This document shows, one piece after another, positions 1 through 9,593 of a DNA stretch of 64,000 nt. The translations under genes and the position numbers were made by a program. Source of the DNA: Candidatus Cloacimonadales bacterium (GTDB taxonomy: Bacteria; Cloacimonadota; Cloacimonadia; Cloacimonadales; JAFGVF01); contig OY759729.1 in the NCBI GenBank assembly GCA_963662585.1, forward strand, positions 1,664,001 to 1,728,000, written 5' to 3'. Every line of letters starts with the position of its first letter. Positions within the stretch are counted from its first letter, which is position 1. The notes below the pieces were generated by a model. The model did not search any database. It saw nothing but the letters and a program-made list of their open reading frames with translations, and had not been told where the DNA came from.

Positions 1-30
1 TAGTATAAGCGATAAACAAGGAGTATTTAT

Positions 31-1200
31 ATGAATTTTACTAAAAGTGTTGAAGACATTAAAGAAGTTAAAGAAATAGTTACTTATTATCCTAGTGGAA
101 AGATTAAAATGACCTATAATCGTAAGAATAACTTATTACATGGTGAGCATCTTTGTTATGATGAAAAGGGAAAAATTATCTTAAAAGCTCACTATGAGTC
201 AGGTTCTTTAGATGGACTTTTAGAAGAGTATAATTCTCAAGGAAAACTTAAAAGACAGGCTAATTATAGTAATAATAACAAAAATGGTAATTATGTAGAA
301 TATTTTGAGAATGGCTTCAAGAAACTAAATTGCAAGTATTCAAACGCTAAATTAAATGGAAACTACCAAGAATTTTACCCTAATAGTAAGCTTAAAATTC
401 ATGCAAATTATGCTAATGATATGAAAAATGGAAGTTATACAAGTTACTATGAGGATGGCCAAGTTAAGCTAAGGACAGCTTATATTAATGATATAGAAAA
501 TGGTTTGCATGAATACTTCTATCCTAATGGTCAGCTTAAAGATCTTTCAGATATGAGAGAAGGCTTACTTGCAGGCCAACATAAAAGATACCAAGAGAAT
601 GGATTAGCAATAGTAGAAGAAAATTATAAGCTTGTGGAAAGAACAGAAGTGCTTCCACATTATAATAATAGTGGTAACATGGGAAGGACAAGAAAATACA
701 AGGTTTCCGTAAAAGATGGGTCTTACATTGAATATTATGAAAATGGAAGAGAAAAGCTAGTTGGGGCATACCACGGAGATAAGCAAGTAGGTCTTTGGCT
801 TTGGTATTATTCAGATGGCATACTTTGGAAAAGACTAAGTTATGTTGATAATGAAAAACATGGCAAGGAAGAGATTTTCTATCCTGCTGGTAATAAGCAT
901 CTTGTGACCTTCTATCACTTTGGCAAGAAGCAAGGTGAATGTTTAGAGTATTTTGGCAATGGAAATTTAAAAAGTAAGAAAAACTACCAACATGGTTTAC
1001 TCAATGGAGATTATATTAAGTATCACATAGATGGTAAAATAAGGCTAAAAGCAAGCTATAAGAATAACTTAAAGGAAGGCTTTCTTACTAGCTATGATAC
1101 TGATGGGAAACTTAGTGATAAATCTTTCTATAGAGCAGGAGACTTAGTTAATAATCCAGAAAAAACACTAGATAAGAAAGGAGATTCAAATGATAAATAG
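31..1200 (+). CDS. MORN-variant repeat protein (YwqK antitoxin-like)
   Basis: Many ~24-aa repeats of G-x-Y-x-E-Y-Y-x-N-G-x-L-K; AAGGAG RBS upstream. Confidence 0.85.
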   Translation: MNFTKSVEDIKEVKEIVTYYPSGKIKMTYNRKNNLLHGEHLCYDEKGKIILKAHYESGSLDGLLEEYNSQGKLKRQANYSNNNKNGNYVEYFENGFKKLNCKYSNAKLNGNYQEFYPNSKLKIHANYANDMKNGSYTSYYEDGQVKLRTAYINDIENGLHEYFYPNGQLKDLSDMREGLLAGQHKRYQENGLAIVEENYKLVERTEVLPHYNNSGNMGRTRKYKVSVKDGSYIEYYENGREKLVGAYHGDKQVGLWLWYYSDGILWKRLSYVDNEKHGKEEIFYPAGNKHLVTFYHFGKKQGECLEYFGNGNLKSKKNYQHGLLNGDYIKYHIDGKIRLKASYKNNLKEGFLTSYDTDGKLSDKSFYRAGDLVNNPEKTLDKKGDSNDK

Positions 1201-1957
1201 TACTAATCTACAAAAAGCCAGCCTCCCAGAAAGCCCTAATTACATGAATAGAATTAATAATAATGATTATTTTGGCTTCACTAATGCTAGAATTGCAAAA
1301 CTAAACATTAACTCCTTAAGTGATAAAAATTATTTTGATTTTTTCTATCCAAAGGGTTATATTATTGTTTCTCTTTTCCAAGCTCAAGATACTAGTAAAT
1401 ATAATGATAAGTCAGAGTGGTTAGATGATATGGCTCAAAGAACAAGTGAAATGCAAACATTTCTTAGAAATTCCGGCTATTATTACACTCAAGTTTTAGC
1501 AGAATATTCTTATGGTCCTCTAACACCAACAAATCCACCTGTAAAACAGATAAATTATATTATCTTTAATTATAAGTTCGCTTCAAAAAATCAACCTCTT
1601 GATGAATTTTTTGATTTTGGTAAAAAAATATGTGCTAAGAATCAGCAGTCTATCTTCCTCTATGTTCCTAGAGAAGAAGATTGTATTTTCCAAGAGCAGG
1701 CTTTTTCTTGTGCCTATATAGTGGACAGTGATGGAAAATTTAGGGACATTATAACATCAGAAAATATTATATCTGATATTGATAATTTTTTAAGCTTTCA
1801 AAGCAAGTATCAAGAAGCAAATTTAGATTCAGCATGCTTTGGAAAATATCTTAATGGCTTCCTATATTTCTTCAAAGAACCAGGAGGGGTTGCAGGCCAC
1901 TACATGAGAAGGGGTGAAGCTTATTGTAGAAAAATTAATCTAACTCATGAAGGATAA
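1190..1957 (+). CDS. hypothetical protein, possibly DUF3293-like/phage-related
   Basis: 255-aa ORF overlapping ORF1, with AGGAGA RBS; GYIIVS...FLRNSGY...FGKKICAKNQQS pattern recalls DUF3293-like proteins (tentative). Confidence 0.55.
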   Translation: MINSTNLQKASLPESPNYMNRINNNDYFGFTNARIAKLNINSLSDKNYFDFFYPKGYIIVSLFQAQDTSKYNDKSEWLDDMAQRTSEMQTFLRNSGYYYTQVLAEYSYGPLTPTNPPVKQINYIIFNYKFASKNQPLDEFFDFGKKICAKNQQSIFLYVPREEDCIFQEQAFSCAYIVDSDGKFRDIITSENIISDIDNFLSFQSKYQEANLDSACFGKYLNGFLYFFKEPGGVAGHYMRRGEAYCRKINLTHEG

Positions 1958-1963
1958 AAAAAC

Positions 1964-3379
1964 ATGTTAAGATATACAAACTGGGTTGGAGAAGGACATC
2001 CTGACTTTATCTGTGATATCATAATTGATAAGTTTACTGATATAATTGAAAAAAATAACCCTGGCAACAAATTCTCATTAGAGATTGACGCTATGTTATT
2101 AGGAGAAGATATTACAATTTGGGGACTTTCTACTACTCCCATCTCTCAAGATGACAAAGATGAACTATACAAATTTGTTATGGATAAATATCGTCATGCT
2201 AGCTATAGACTTCAGATAAAGATAAAATATGTAACTTCTATATTAAAATTACCTGAAGCTGAAGTAGATTTTTCGATTAGACAAAGTAGCTTTTATACTA
2301 ATCCTTTTGATTATGATTTAGCACATTTTATTTGGTATAGGTTAGGTGATGCTATTGGAGACAGAGTAGATATTCAAGTTGTAATCGATGACAAGCTATT
2401 TGACAGCTCTCAAGTGGTTGAAAGGGTTATTGTTAATGTTTTTACTAATCCATATTATCATCTAAAAGATACAGTCTTAGGAGTATTAAGACATTTTGCC
2501 AGCAGAACTAAAGTTGATTTCAAAGTTAAGGATATAATCATCAATGATATCTTAGAAGAAAATCCAAATGAATATGACTTTGATATGAAAATAGAAAAAG
2601 AAAAGATTGAAGCTGAAGAAAGGCAAAAGACTGAAGAGAAAGAGAAGTTTGCTTCACTTTCTCGCTATGAGAGATATCTGCTTAGAGAAAAAAAGAAGGC
2701 CTTAGACAAAGAAAATCAAACTCCACAAGTATTTAAAGAAATGGAAGCTAAAGCGGAAAAATTTAAGCATGAAATTGATGAACTAACTAGAAAAAAATAT
2801 GCTTATAAGGAAAGATATGAAGCTTTTGGCAGATCTAACAATAAACTTCATCAAGATTATTATGGGAACCTAAGAATTGTTGGTCCTAAAGCCCATGGGA
2901 GGATTTATGATTCTTTTAGGATTAAACTAACATATAATGATCTTTCAGACGAATTAATCCACCAAGAAGAATTAGATAGTATCTTGAATATCAGATTCCC
3001 TAGAAGAGGAAAAGCCTATTTGCATAATACAATTAATAAAAAGCATTTAGGTAAACTACCTAGGAATGATATTATTGCTTCAGATTTACGAGAAAGAGAA
3101 GATGATTCTCTTTGGGAACTTATCAATTTCATAGCTTGCCAACCCAGAGAAAGAGCTGTTAATGAGAGATTCGAAAGTTTTGAAGAAAAAGTTCATGAAC
3201 TTCAAGCTCAGGCTAAAGAAACAAGTCATGAAAAGACTGCTGAAGAAGAGATAATTGAGTTACTAAATGATCTAGAAGAAGCAAAAAATAGTAAGAACAG
3301 TTTAGAGGATGTTCCTATGGAAGATGATAGTGCCTCTAATGAGGAGAATAATTTTGATTGGGATTTATCCAAACTTTAA
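1964..3379 (+). CDS. highly divergent S-adenosylmethionine synthetase (MetK)-like protein with coiled-coil insert and acidic tail
   Basis: N-terminal VGEGHPDFICDIIID vs MetK VxEGHPDKICDQISD; GRSNNKLHQDYYG...AHGR vs GLTGRKIIVDTYG...FSGK. Confidence 0.55.
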   Translation: MLRYTNWVGEGHPDFICDIIIDKFTDIIEKNNPGNKFSLEIDAMLLGEDITIWGLSTTPISQDDKDELYKFVMDKYRHASYRLQIKIKYVTSILKLPEAEVDFSIRQSSFYTNPFDYDLAHFIWYRLGDAIGDRVDIQVVIDDKLFDSSQVVERVIVNVFTNPYYHLKDTVLGVLRHFASRTKVDFKVKDIIINDILEENPNEYDFDMKIEKEKIEAEERQKTEEKEKFASLSRYERYLLREKKKALDKENQTPQVFKEMEAKAEKFKHEIDELTRKKYAYKERYEAFGRSNNKLHQDYYGNLRIVGPKAHGRIYDSFRIKLTYNDLSDELIHQEELDSILNIRFPRRGKAYLHNTINKKHLGKLPRNDIIASDLREREDDSLWELINFIACQPRERAVNERFESFEEKVHELQAQAKETSHEKTAEEEIIELLNDLEEAKNSKNSLEDVPMEDDSASNEENNFDWDLSKL

Positions 3380-3401
3380 AAAAGATATTTAGGAGGAAAG
3401 C

Positions 3402-4157
3402 ATGCAAGAGGAATTAAAAATAAGGCCTATCCCCGATTGGCTAATGGCAGACAAGTTAACTTTTAATCTTGAGACTATTCTTGAAAATTCTCTCTACTAC
3501 CCTTGTAGTGGCTTTGATGGAGCTCCAATGAAGTATTTTGCTGGAAATGTTCATTCTTTTATCCATGCTGATTATGGTCGTAATCAAGAAGAATTTCAGA
3601 AGTCTCTTCATCAAGGCTTAAGAGGTTATCATTTGCTCCATAATGAAGCAATTAGTCAAAGGCAGTTAAGCCCAAAAGAGTGGAAGATTCTTGTCCAACC
3701 AGACCAGGAAGAGATAAAAAAAATGCATTTCTATAGAAGTTTTATGAGAAGACCTTTCGCCTACTGGGCAGTCTTTGAAAGAAGTCCCCTCTTCCCTACT
3801 AGTCATGGACCAAAGAGAATTTCATTAGTCCATATCTGTGGAGATGGAGCTTTTACCTATCAAGCTCTGTATCTTCAAAACAATATTGTACCTGCAATTT
3901 TAGCAGTAATTCAGCCTGGTCATGGATTTGGTGGAAATTATACTAATTACTATGATAATGAAAAATTATTTTATAGATCCGTAATATACAAAGATGAAGC
4001 TAAGTATTATCCTGATATTTTCGTAACAAACACCATGTTTCATGATTGGAATAAACACCAAAATTTACTAAAAAAGATTAACAGCAGAAATAGACTCAAA
4101 ATTTGGGAATTAGATAAAAGTATCCAAGACAAGAAAAGCAAGACATCAAGGAGTTAA
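3402..4157 (+). CDS. conserved hypothetical protein, putative SAM-binding Rossmann-like fold (paralog A)
   Basis: AGGAGG RBS; SLYYPCSGFDG...SFIHADY motif; clearly paralogous to the next ORF. Confidence 0.6.
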   Translation: MQEELKIRPIPDWLMADKLTFNLETILENSLYYPCSGFDGAPMKYFAGNVHSFIHADYGRNQEEFQKSLHQGLRGYHLLHNEAISQRQLSPKEWKILVQPDQEEIKKMHFYRSFMRRPFAYWAVFERSPLFPTSHGPKRISLVHICGDGAFTYQALYLQNNIVPAILAVIQPGHGFGGNYTNYYDNEKLFYRSVIYKDEAKYYPDIFVTNTMFHDWNKHQNLLKKINSRNRLKIWELDKSIQDKKSKTSRS

Positions 4158-4158
4158 A

Positions 4159-4932
4159 ATGTTAAATTCAATTGAGACAGCAACATATCCGGACTGGTTA
4201 AAATCTGAAACTTTTTCTTTTAATATTAAGAATCTGCTAAAAGATTCATGTTATTACCCAGCTAGTTGGTTTGATGGAAACCCTGTTAGATATTTAGCAG
4301 GTAATGTATATTCTTTCATCTATGTTGATTATAGATATTCAAGAGGCGATATTCATAGAGAAACCCAGCTAGGACTAAGAGGTTATAAATTAATTTATCA
4401 AGATGAGATTAGTGAAGATAGGCTAACACCTGCTGACTTATCCAGATTTGTAGAACCAGATTTTATAGACCCTAGTGAAAGAGTAGAGAAATTTAATGGT
4501 ATCACTAAGCAACTTATGAGAAATAGACCTTTTGCTATTTGGAATATATTTGAAAGAAAGGCAGATTTTACAGAAGAACATGGTCCCCTTAGATTATCAA
4601 TACTATTTCTCAAATTTGAAGGTGCTTTTGCCTATCAGGCACTTTATTTATATCATAAAATGACACCCTTAATCATGGCAGTTATTCAACCGGGAACTGG
4701 CTTTGGAGGTAATTGGACTTGCTTCTATCATGCTAATTCTATACTTTATAGATCGGTTCATTATCCTAAAGATGAAAACTTGCTTCCAAGTTACTTTGTT
4801 AGTAATTCTCAAAAATGGGAGGGTTATGATAGACTCATTGATAAACAAAATAGATTTATATTTCCTTATGAAGATAGGAAAAGAATCATGTACGATGGTT
4901 TTTTAGCTTTTTATAAAAGGAATAAGAATTGA
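4159..4932 (+). CDS. conserved hypothetical protein, putative SAM-binding Rossmann-like fold (paralog B)
   Basis: AAGGAG RBS; SCYYPASWFDG...SFIYVDY; shares HGPxR, YQALYL and AVIQPGxGFGGN with paralog A. Confidence 0.6.
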   Translation: MLNSIETATYPDWLKSETFSFNIKNLLKDSCYYPASWFDGNPVRYLAGNVYSFIYVDYRYSRGDIHRETQLGLRGYKLIYQDEISEDRLTPADLSRFVEPDFIDPSERVEKFNGITKQLMRNRPFAIWNIFERKADFTEEHGPLRLSILFLKFEGAFAYQALYLYHKMTPLIMAVIQPGTGFGGNWTCFYHANSILYRSVHYPKDENLLPSYFVSNSQKWEGYDRLIDKQNRFIFPYEDRKRIMYDGFLAFYKRNKN

Positions 4933-5154
4933 CAGGAACAGTAATTAGGAACAACTGAGAACTAAGTGAATTCATCTTCACTTAAAACATTATAATGAAC
5001 AGTAAAGGAGCTGTTAAAATGGATAATAGAAAAGAATAGTAACAAAGAAATAGGTGTAAGAGAAATTTATATTAATGATAATTTTGGCTCAAGTTCAAGT
5101 CTGGTGGAAAAATGAATTTATAACGAAACAGTTTAGTTAATAATAATGGTTAAA

Positions 5155-5413
5155 ATATCCCTGAAAGGGATTAATAGATTAGCCTGGGGTAAGATCCTAT
5201 ATGGATCGTCACCCCAGGCACAATATCCAAAAATACGCACATAACCCTGTAAGGGTTTAATAGAAGAGTAACTGATTTATATAATAAAACCTTTGTATAT
5301 ATGTTATTATTAAACCCTTACAGGGTTACACTTTTTATGCACATCATAACCCAGGGTTGCAATCCCTTCAGGATTTTACCCTGGGCTAATCTATTAATCC
5401 CCGCTGGGGATAT
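5155..5413. repeat. REP/MITE-like nested palindromic element
   Basis: ~43-bp imperfect terminal inverted repeats (ATATCCCTGAAAGGGATTAATAGATTAGCCTGGGGTAA / reverse complement) plus an inner inverted repeat TAACCCTGTAAGGGTTTAATA. Confidence 0.8.
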
Positions 5414-5658
5414 AAGAATCATCCTTTGAGTCTTCGCAAAGCTACGCCCTCACAAGTCAGGATTAAGTCTTATTTAGCATAAAAACTTCTATCTCTTGTA
5501 TACTATAAACCCTAACTTACTGTAATGCAATAATAAGGTGCAACGAAATGCTTAATAATTTCCACCAGACTCGTACAAGAGCCATAATTTTGACTTTGAG
5601 AATTTTTTCGGATTTGATATTGATGATGACAAGTAATTACTTGCCATCTTTTATATTT

Positions 5659-7054
5659 TTACCATCCTGACTTAAAATATTTCCTCTTTTCAAGACCATT
5701 AAGTACACTCGTACAAGAATCCCAATCAATATTTGATACTTTTTGATTGTATCTTACTTCAAAAGGATTCTTATCAGGGACATTATTAATAACCTTTTTA
5801 GCTTCTTCAATTTCACCTTGTGCTACTTGAATCCATACATCTTCTAAAACATCTTGTAATTGTCCAAAAATACTTGTAATGTTTTTAAGTCGTTCTGAAA
5901 GTAGTTCATGAACTCTATCTTCCACTGAATCTTTATATCTCATATTGTAGAGAAGAACAGTATCATTAACTTGACCTATTCTTTGAATACGACCTTTTCT
6001 TTGTTCTAGTCTTGTTGGATTCCAAGGCAAGTCAAGATTAATTAAAGTTCCTAGGGTTTGTAAATTAAGGCCTTCTGATGCTGAATCTGTTCCAATCAAA
6101 ATCTTATATTTATGAGTTTTAACACCAAGTTTAATAGAGTCTTTAGATTCTCTCTTAAATTCTGAATTAAAGAAAATCCCAGATTTATCTCCACCAGCAT
6201 ACAATGCTATTTTATCATTAGGATATCTTTGGGATAGATTTTCTGCGACCCAATAAGCAGTATCAAAGTATTGTGAAAAAATTATAACCCCTTTTTCTTT
6301 CCACCCATTTTCTAATAGTTCAACAACTTTGTTAAACTTTGGATCTATTGCTTGATTAGAGTTTAAAGCATTAACGAATCCATTCAATAATTCTTTTTCT
6401 TTTATCGTTAAATCTTTCAGTTCACTATTTTGGTTTATTGTTGTTTCTACTTCTTAACTCTCATTTTCATCTTCAAAGTTATTAAAAGCATCACCCCATT
6501 CATCTAACATCTTTTGTCAGATCATCATTCTAGAGACTATCAAACTCTTCTTGGACCCAATCTACTGCTTCTTGTGAATTATCTTCCCAAGCTAATTCGT
6601 AATTGATTTTCCAGGCTGTTTTCGATTCATTAACGCTTCCTAAGAAGGAAGTTTTATCTCCATTTTCTAAAGTAATAACACCTGCTTTCCCGTGAATCAA
6701 TCCGAACTTATCATTAGGCAATACTCTAACTTGTAGTTTTCCAGATTTTAGAAACTCATAAAGTCTTTTAAATCTATTTCTTGCATTCTCTATTTCTTCA
6801 GGTTTACCTTCTCACCACTCTTTACGCATAGAGGCATTGGCTAATTTTGCAGTTCTTACATCTTCTGCTAGTAATTCAGAATTACACACAATTCTTATTT
6901 TGCCGGAAACAGATTCTAATGCTTCTCCAGCAACTTCAAAGATGCAACTTCTAAAAAATCCTGCAATCCTATCATAAGACTGTGCCTTGTTAAGTCTTGT
7001 TTTCAATAGAGAATCGGAAATCTATTCTCGTCTTGAGGAAAAACGCTTTATCAT
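5659..7054 (-). pseudogene. fragmented PLD-nuclease/SNF2 helicase (type found in DUF499-DUF3780-DUF1156 restriction-like systems)
   Basis: ATG 7054 MIKRFSSRRE then in-frame TAG (7022-7024) and TGA (6812-6814); YDRIAG, IHGKAG (PLD HxK); helicase C motifs SEGLNLQ and DLPWNPTRLEQRKGRIQR; central SNF2 ATPase domain missing. Confidence 0.8.
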
Positions 7055-7063
7055 TTTAACTTC

Positions 7064-7474
7064 CTAGTTTTTTTTAATATCTGTATCAAAAAGAACTTTC
7101 CAATATCCTTTCCTGTCAGAACCTATACGCTTGATTTGCTTTTGCTGTTGAAGTTTATTGATATTGCGTTCAATAGTTCGAGTAGAGACTCCTATCAAAT
7201 CAGACATCTCTGCAATAGTGAGATTGGCATTATGTTGAATTAAACCGATTATTTTCTCCGACGTCTTTTCACTCTTCTCCGACATAAACTCCGCTTTCTC
7301 CGACATTTTACCAGCATTTTCCGACATTCTAGTCTTTTCTCCGACAAAAGCTTTTTTTATGAACTGAATTTGTGTTGCATTTGAAGGTTCAAGAATCTTA
7401 AGCTCTAATTCTGGATAGTTTTTCATTTGCCTAGTTTGATAAATCGAGAGCATCATCTCTTTGGCTTTCATCAA
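7064..7474 (-). CDS. winged-helix HTH protein, probably C-terminal remnant of an ATP-binding/Fic-type regulator
   Basis: 7-aa SEK repeats followed by LTIAEMSDLIGVSTRTIERNI...RIGSDRKGYW. Confidence 0.6.
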   Translation of the reverse strand: MMKAKEMMLSIYQTRQMKNYPELELKILEPSNATQIQFIKKAFVGEKTRMSENAGKMSEKAEFMSEKSEKTSEKIIGLIQHNANLTIAEMSDLIGVSTRTIERNINKLQQQKQIKRIGSDRKGYWKVLFDTDIKKN

Positions 7475-8230
7475 ATATGCTATCTCTGAGTTTTAATGCT
7501 TCTTTTATATTTTTCTTTAACACCTCCTATTCGTATTTTGCTTATAAATGCTATCAAGAATCATTTTATATTTCTCATAAGATTATAAGATCTCTACCTT
7601 ATTTTCAATATTCATTCTATATACACTTCTATTTTTAATATAATTAAATATTATTACTATTTGTTCTTAATATGTCAAGTAAAATCATCTATTTATTTTC
7701 CTCTTTAATATTCATAATTAACTTTTCTGTTTAACCCTATTATATTGACCAACTATTCTCTCTTTAAGTTGTAAAGAAGATAAATATATTTATCATGGTG
7801 CCTACTTTATTCATAAGTGGAGAAACATGGTCGCCTTTCAAGGGGAGTCTTTCTGCGTTGATATTTGAAACCTTTCCCCTTTTTAATTTAAAAATTAGTT
7901 TAAAATAAAAAAATATTAAATTGAAGATGGATAAAAAAAATCTTTTCATAATTTTAATTAGCTATTCTGATTTTGTTTAATCCATGTAATTAAGAAACTA
8001 TCATTATTCAAATATTTCAAATAAATCTATTATTAATCCTGAATTCAAGCTTGACACTTTTACCTCTTTGTATTCTTTTAGCATATATACCTCGTTTTTT
8101 ATAGTTTCGTTTATTTCCGTAAACAACTAAACTATAATCATATACGAGGTATTTTTATCAATATTTATTTTTATTTATTTTATTGTTACACAACAACTTA
8201 ATTCATGTCGAAAAGATTAGTTAATATATA

Positions 8231-8349
8231 CTTTTCTCCTAAATTCTTCCTCCCTTCCTTCTCCTTATTTATCTGAAATATTAATTGAATTTTATTCAAA
8301 TTGATAGTTAATAATGGGCGGAAGACTAAGGGAAACTAGTTAATATCTA
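8231..8349 (-). repeat. dispersed ~115-bp imperfect palindromic repeat, copy A
   Basis: Aligns with 25691-25815 (reverse complement) and 52683-52785; 35-nt core 26-27/35 identical; GGAAGACTAAGGG shared with copy B. Confidence 0.6.
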
Positions 8350-8373
8350 AGGGAATATAAATCTTTGCCAAGA

Positions 8374-9588
8374 TTATTTGGCTTTAATAATTGCTATTAT
8401 TTCTTGCTTATCCAAAAGGGGATTTTCTATCCAGACTTTCTTTGCTTCTTTGATATAAAAGGCTTTATCCTGATTGTTTCTCAATCTAAGAGCTTTGATA
8501 ACTTCTTTACCATTTAAGGGATAGTAGTTACTTTCAAAAAGATTTATCTTATCTTGAATTAATTGAGTATTATGAAATTCAGGATAATTTAATTTCAATA
8601 TTTCAAGGGCAAAAGGGAGAGTCTCTAAATTATGAAAAACAAAGTCATTTAGTTTATTTATTTTGTTAATTTGGAGTAACTTTTGAACATTGCTGGCAAT
8701 CTTCATTGCTTTTTTAGTTAATTTTTGGTTAATTCTGAGTCTGAAAATAGCCTTTTCCATCTCTGCCGTATCTTCCACAGGGATTGCTATAAGGGCTAAT
8801 CTAATAGTTAAATCTTCTGGATATAAATCAATATTTTCAACTAAGGACAGAACTTCTGTTTGTTTGATCTTTAGAGGGGAGAGAATATAAGCCATGACTC
8901 CGGTCTCAAAACAGAGTTTAAGAGATTTAGAGAAACCTTTCTTAAGAATCATATTAACAAATTCATCTTTAATTCTTTCTACGCTAATATGTTGGAGATA
9001 ATCGCGCCATTTAATAATACCCTGTAAAGTATCAGCTTCTATAGTAAAATCAAGTCTACCCGCAAATCTAATTGCCCGTAATATTCTTAAGGGATCCTCA
9101 TGAAAAATTATATCTGGATTAGCTGTAGATCTGATTAATTTGTTATCTAAATCTGATAAACCTGATTTCGTGATATCATAAATTTTCTTATTGCTAATAT
9201 TATAATAGAGGGCATTGATGGTGAAATCACGACGGTAAGCATCTTCTTCCAGTGAAGCAAAACCAACTTCAGGATGGCGACTTTTATCTTGATAACTCTC
9301 ATTTCTGGTCATAACAAATTCTACTTTATGACCTTTGATTAGAACCATTGCAGTTCCGAATCGTTTATAAACAACTGGTCTGTAACAGACTCTCTTTTTA
9401 TAAAGGAATGTTGCAAGTTTAACCCCACCGTCAGGTAAAGAAACCACAAAATCAAGATCATTTCTTTCATTTCCGAGAAGTAAATCTCTTACAAATCCAC
9501 CCACCAAGAAAGTATGATTAGCAAATTCAGTTCCTGATATTTTAGCTGAAATCAAATCTATGATTTTATCAAGTTCTTTGCTTTTCAT
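8374..9588 (-). CDS. cca: CCA tRNA nucleotidyltransferase / poly(A) polymerase family
   Basis: LVGGFVRDLLLG, DLDF, RRDFTINAL, EDPLRILRAIRF, ISVERI motifs. Confidence 0.9.
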   Translation of the reverse strand: MKSKELDKIIDLISAKISGTEFANHTFLVGGFVRDLLLGNERNDLDFVVSLPDGGVKLATFLYKKRVCYRPVVYKRFGTAMVLIKGHKVEFVMTRNESYQDKSRHPEVGFASLEEDAYRRDFTINALYYNISNKKIYDITKSGLSDLDNKLIRSTANPDIIFHEDPLRILRAIRFAGRLDFTIEADTLQGIIKWRDYLQHISVERIKDEFVNMILKKGFSKSLKLCFETGVMAYILSPLKIKQTEVLSLVENIDLYPEDLTIRLALIAIPVEDTAEMEKAIFRLRINQKLTKKAMKIASNVQKLLQINKINKLNDFVFHNLETLPFALEILKLNYPEFHNTQLIQDKINLFESNYYPLNGKEVIKALRLRNNQDKAFYIKEAKKVWIENPLLDKQEIIAIIKAK

Positions 9589-9593
9589 AAGCT

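Noticed and set aside
6812..6814. W-TGA in the helicase as a second selenocysteine
   Set aside because: The same gene has TAG/TAA stops and a large deletion, and there is no redox motif; simple pseudogenisation explains it
7764..7949. 61-aa ORF and the GC-richer patch at ~7790-7885 as a gene or riboswitch
   Set aside because: Low-complexity translation, no recognisable RBS or family, and no riboswitch consensus that I can support
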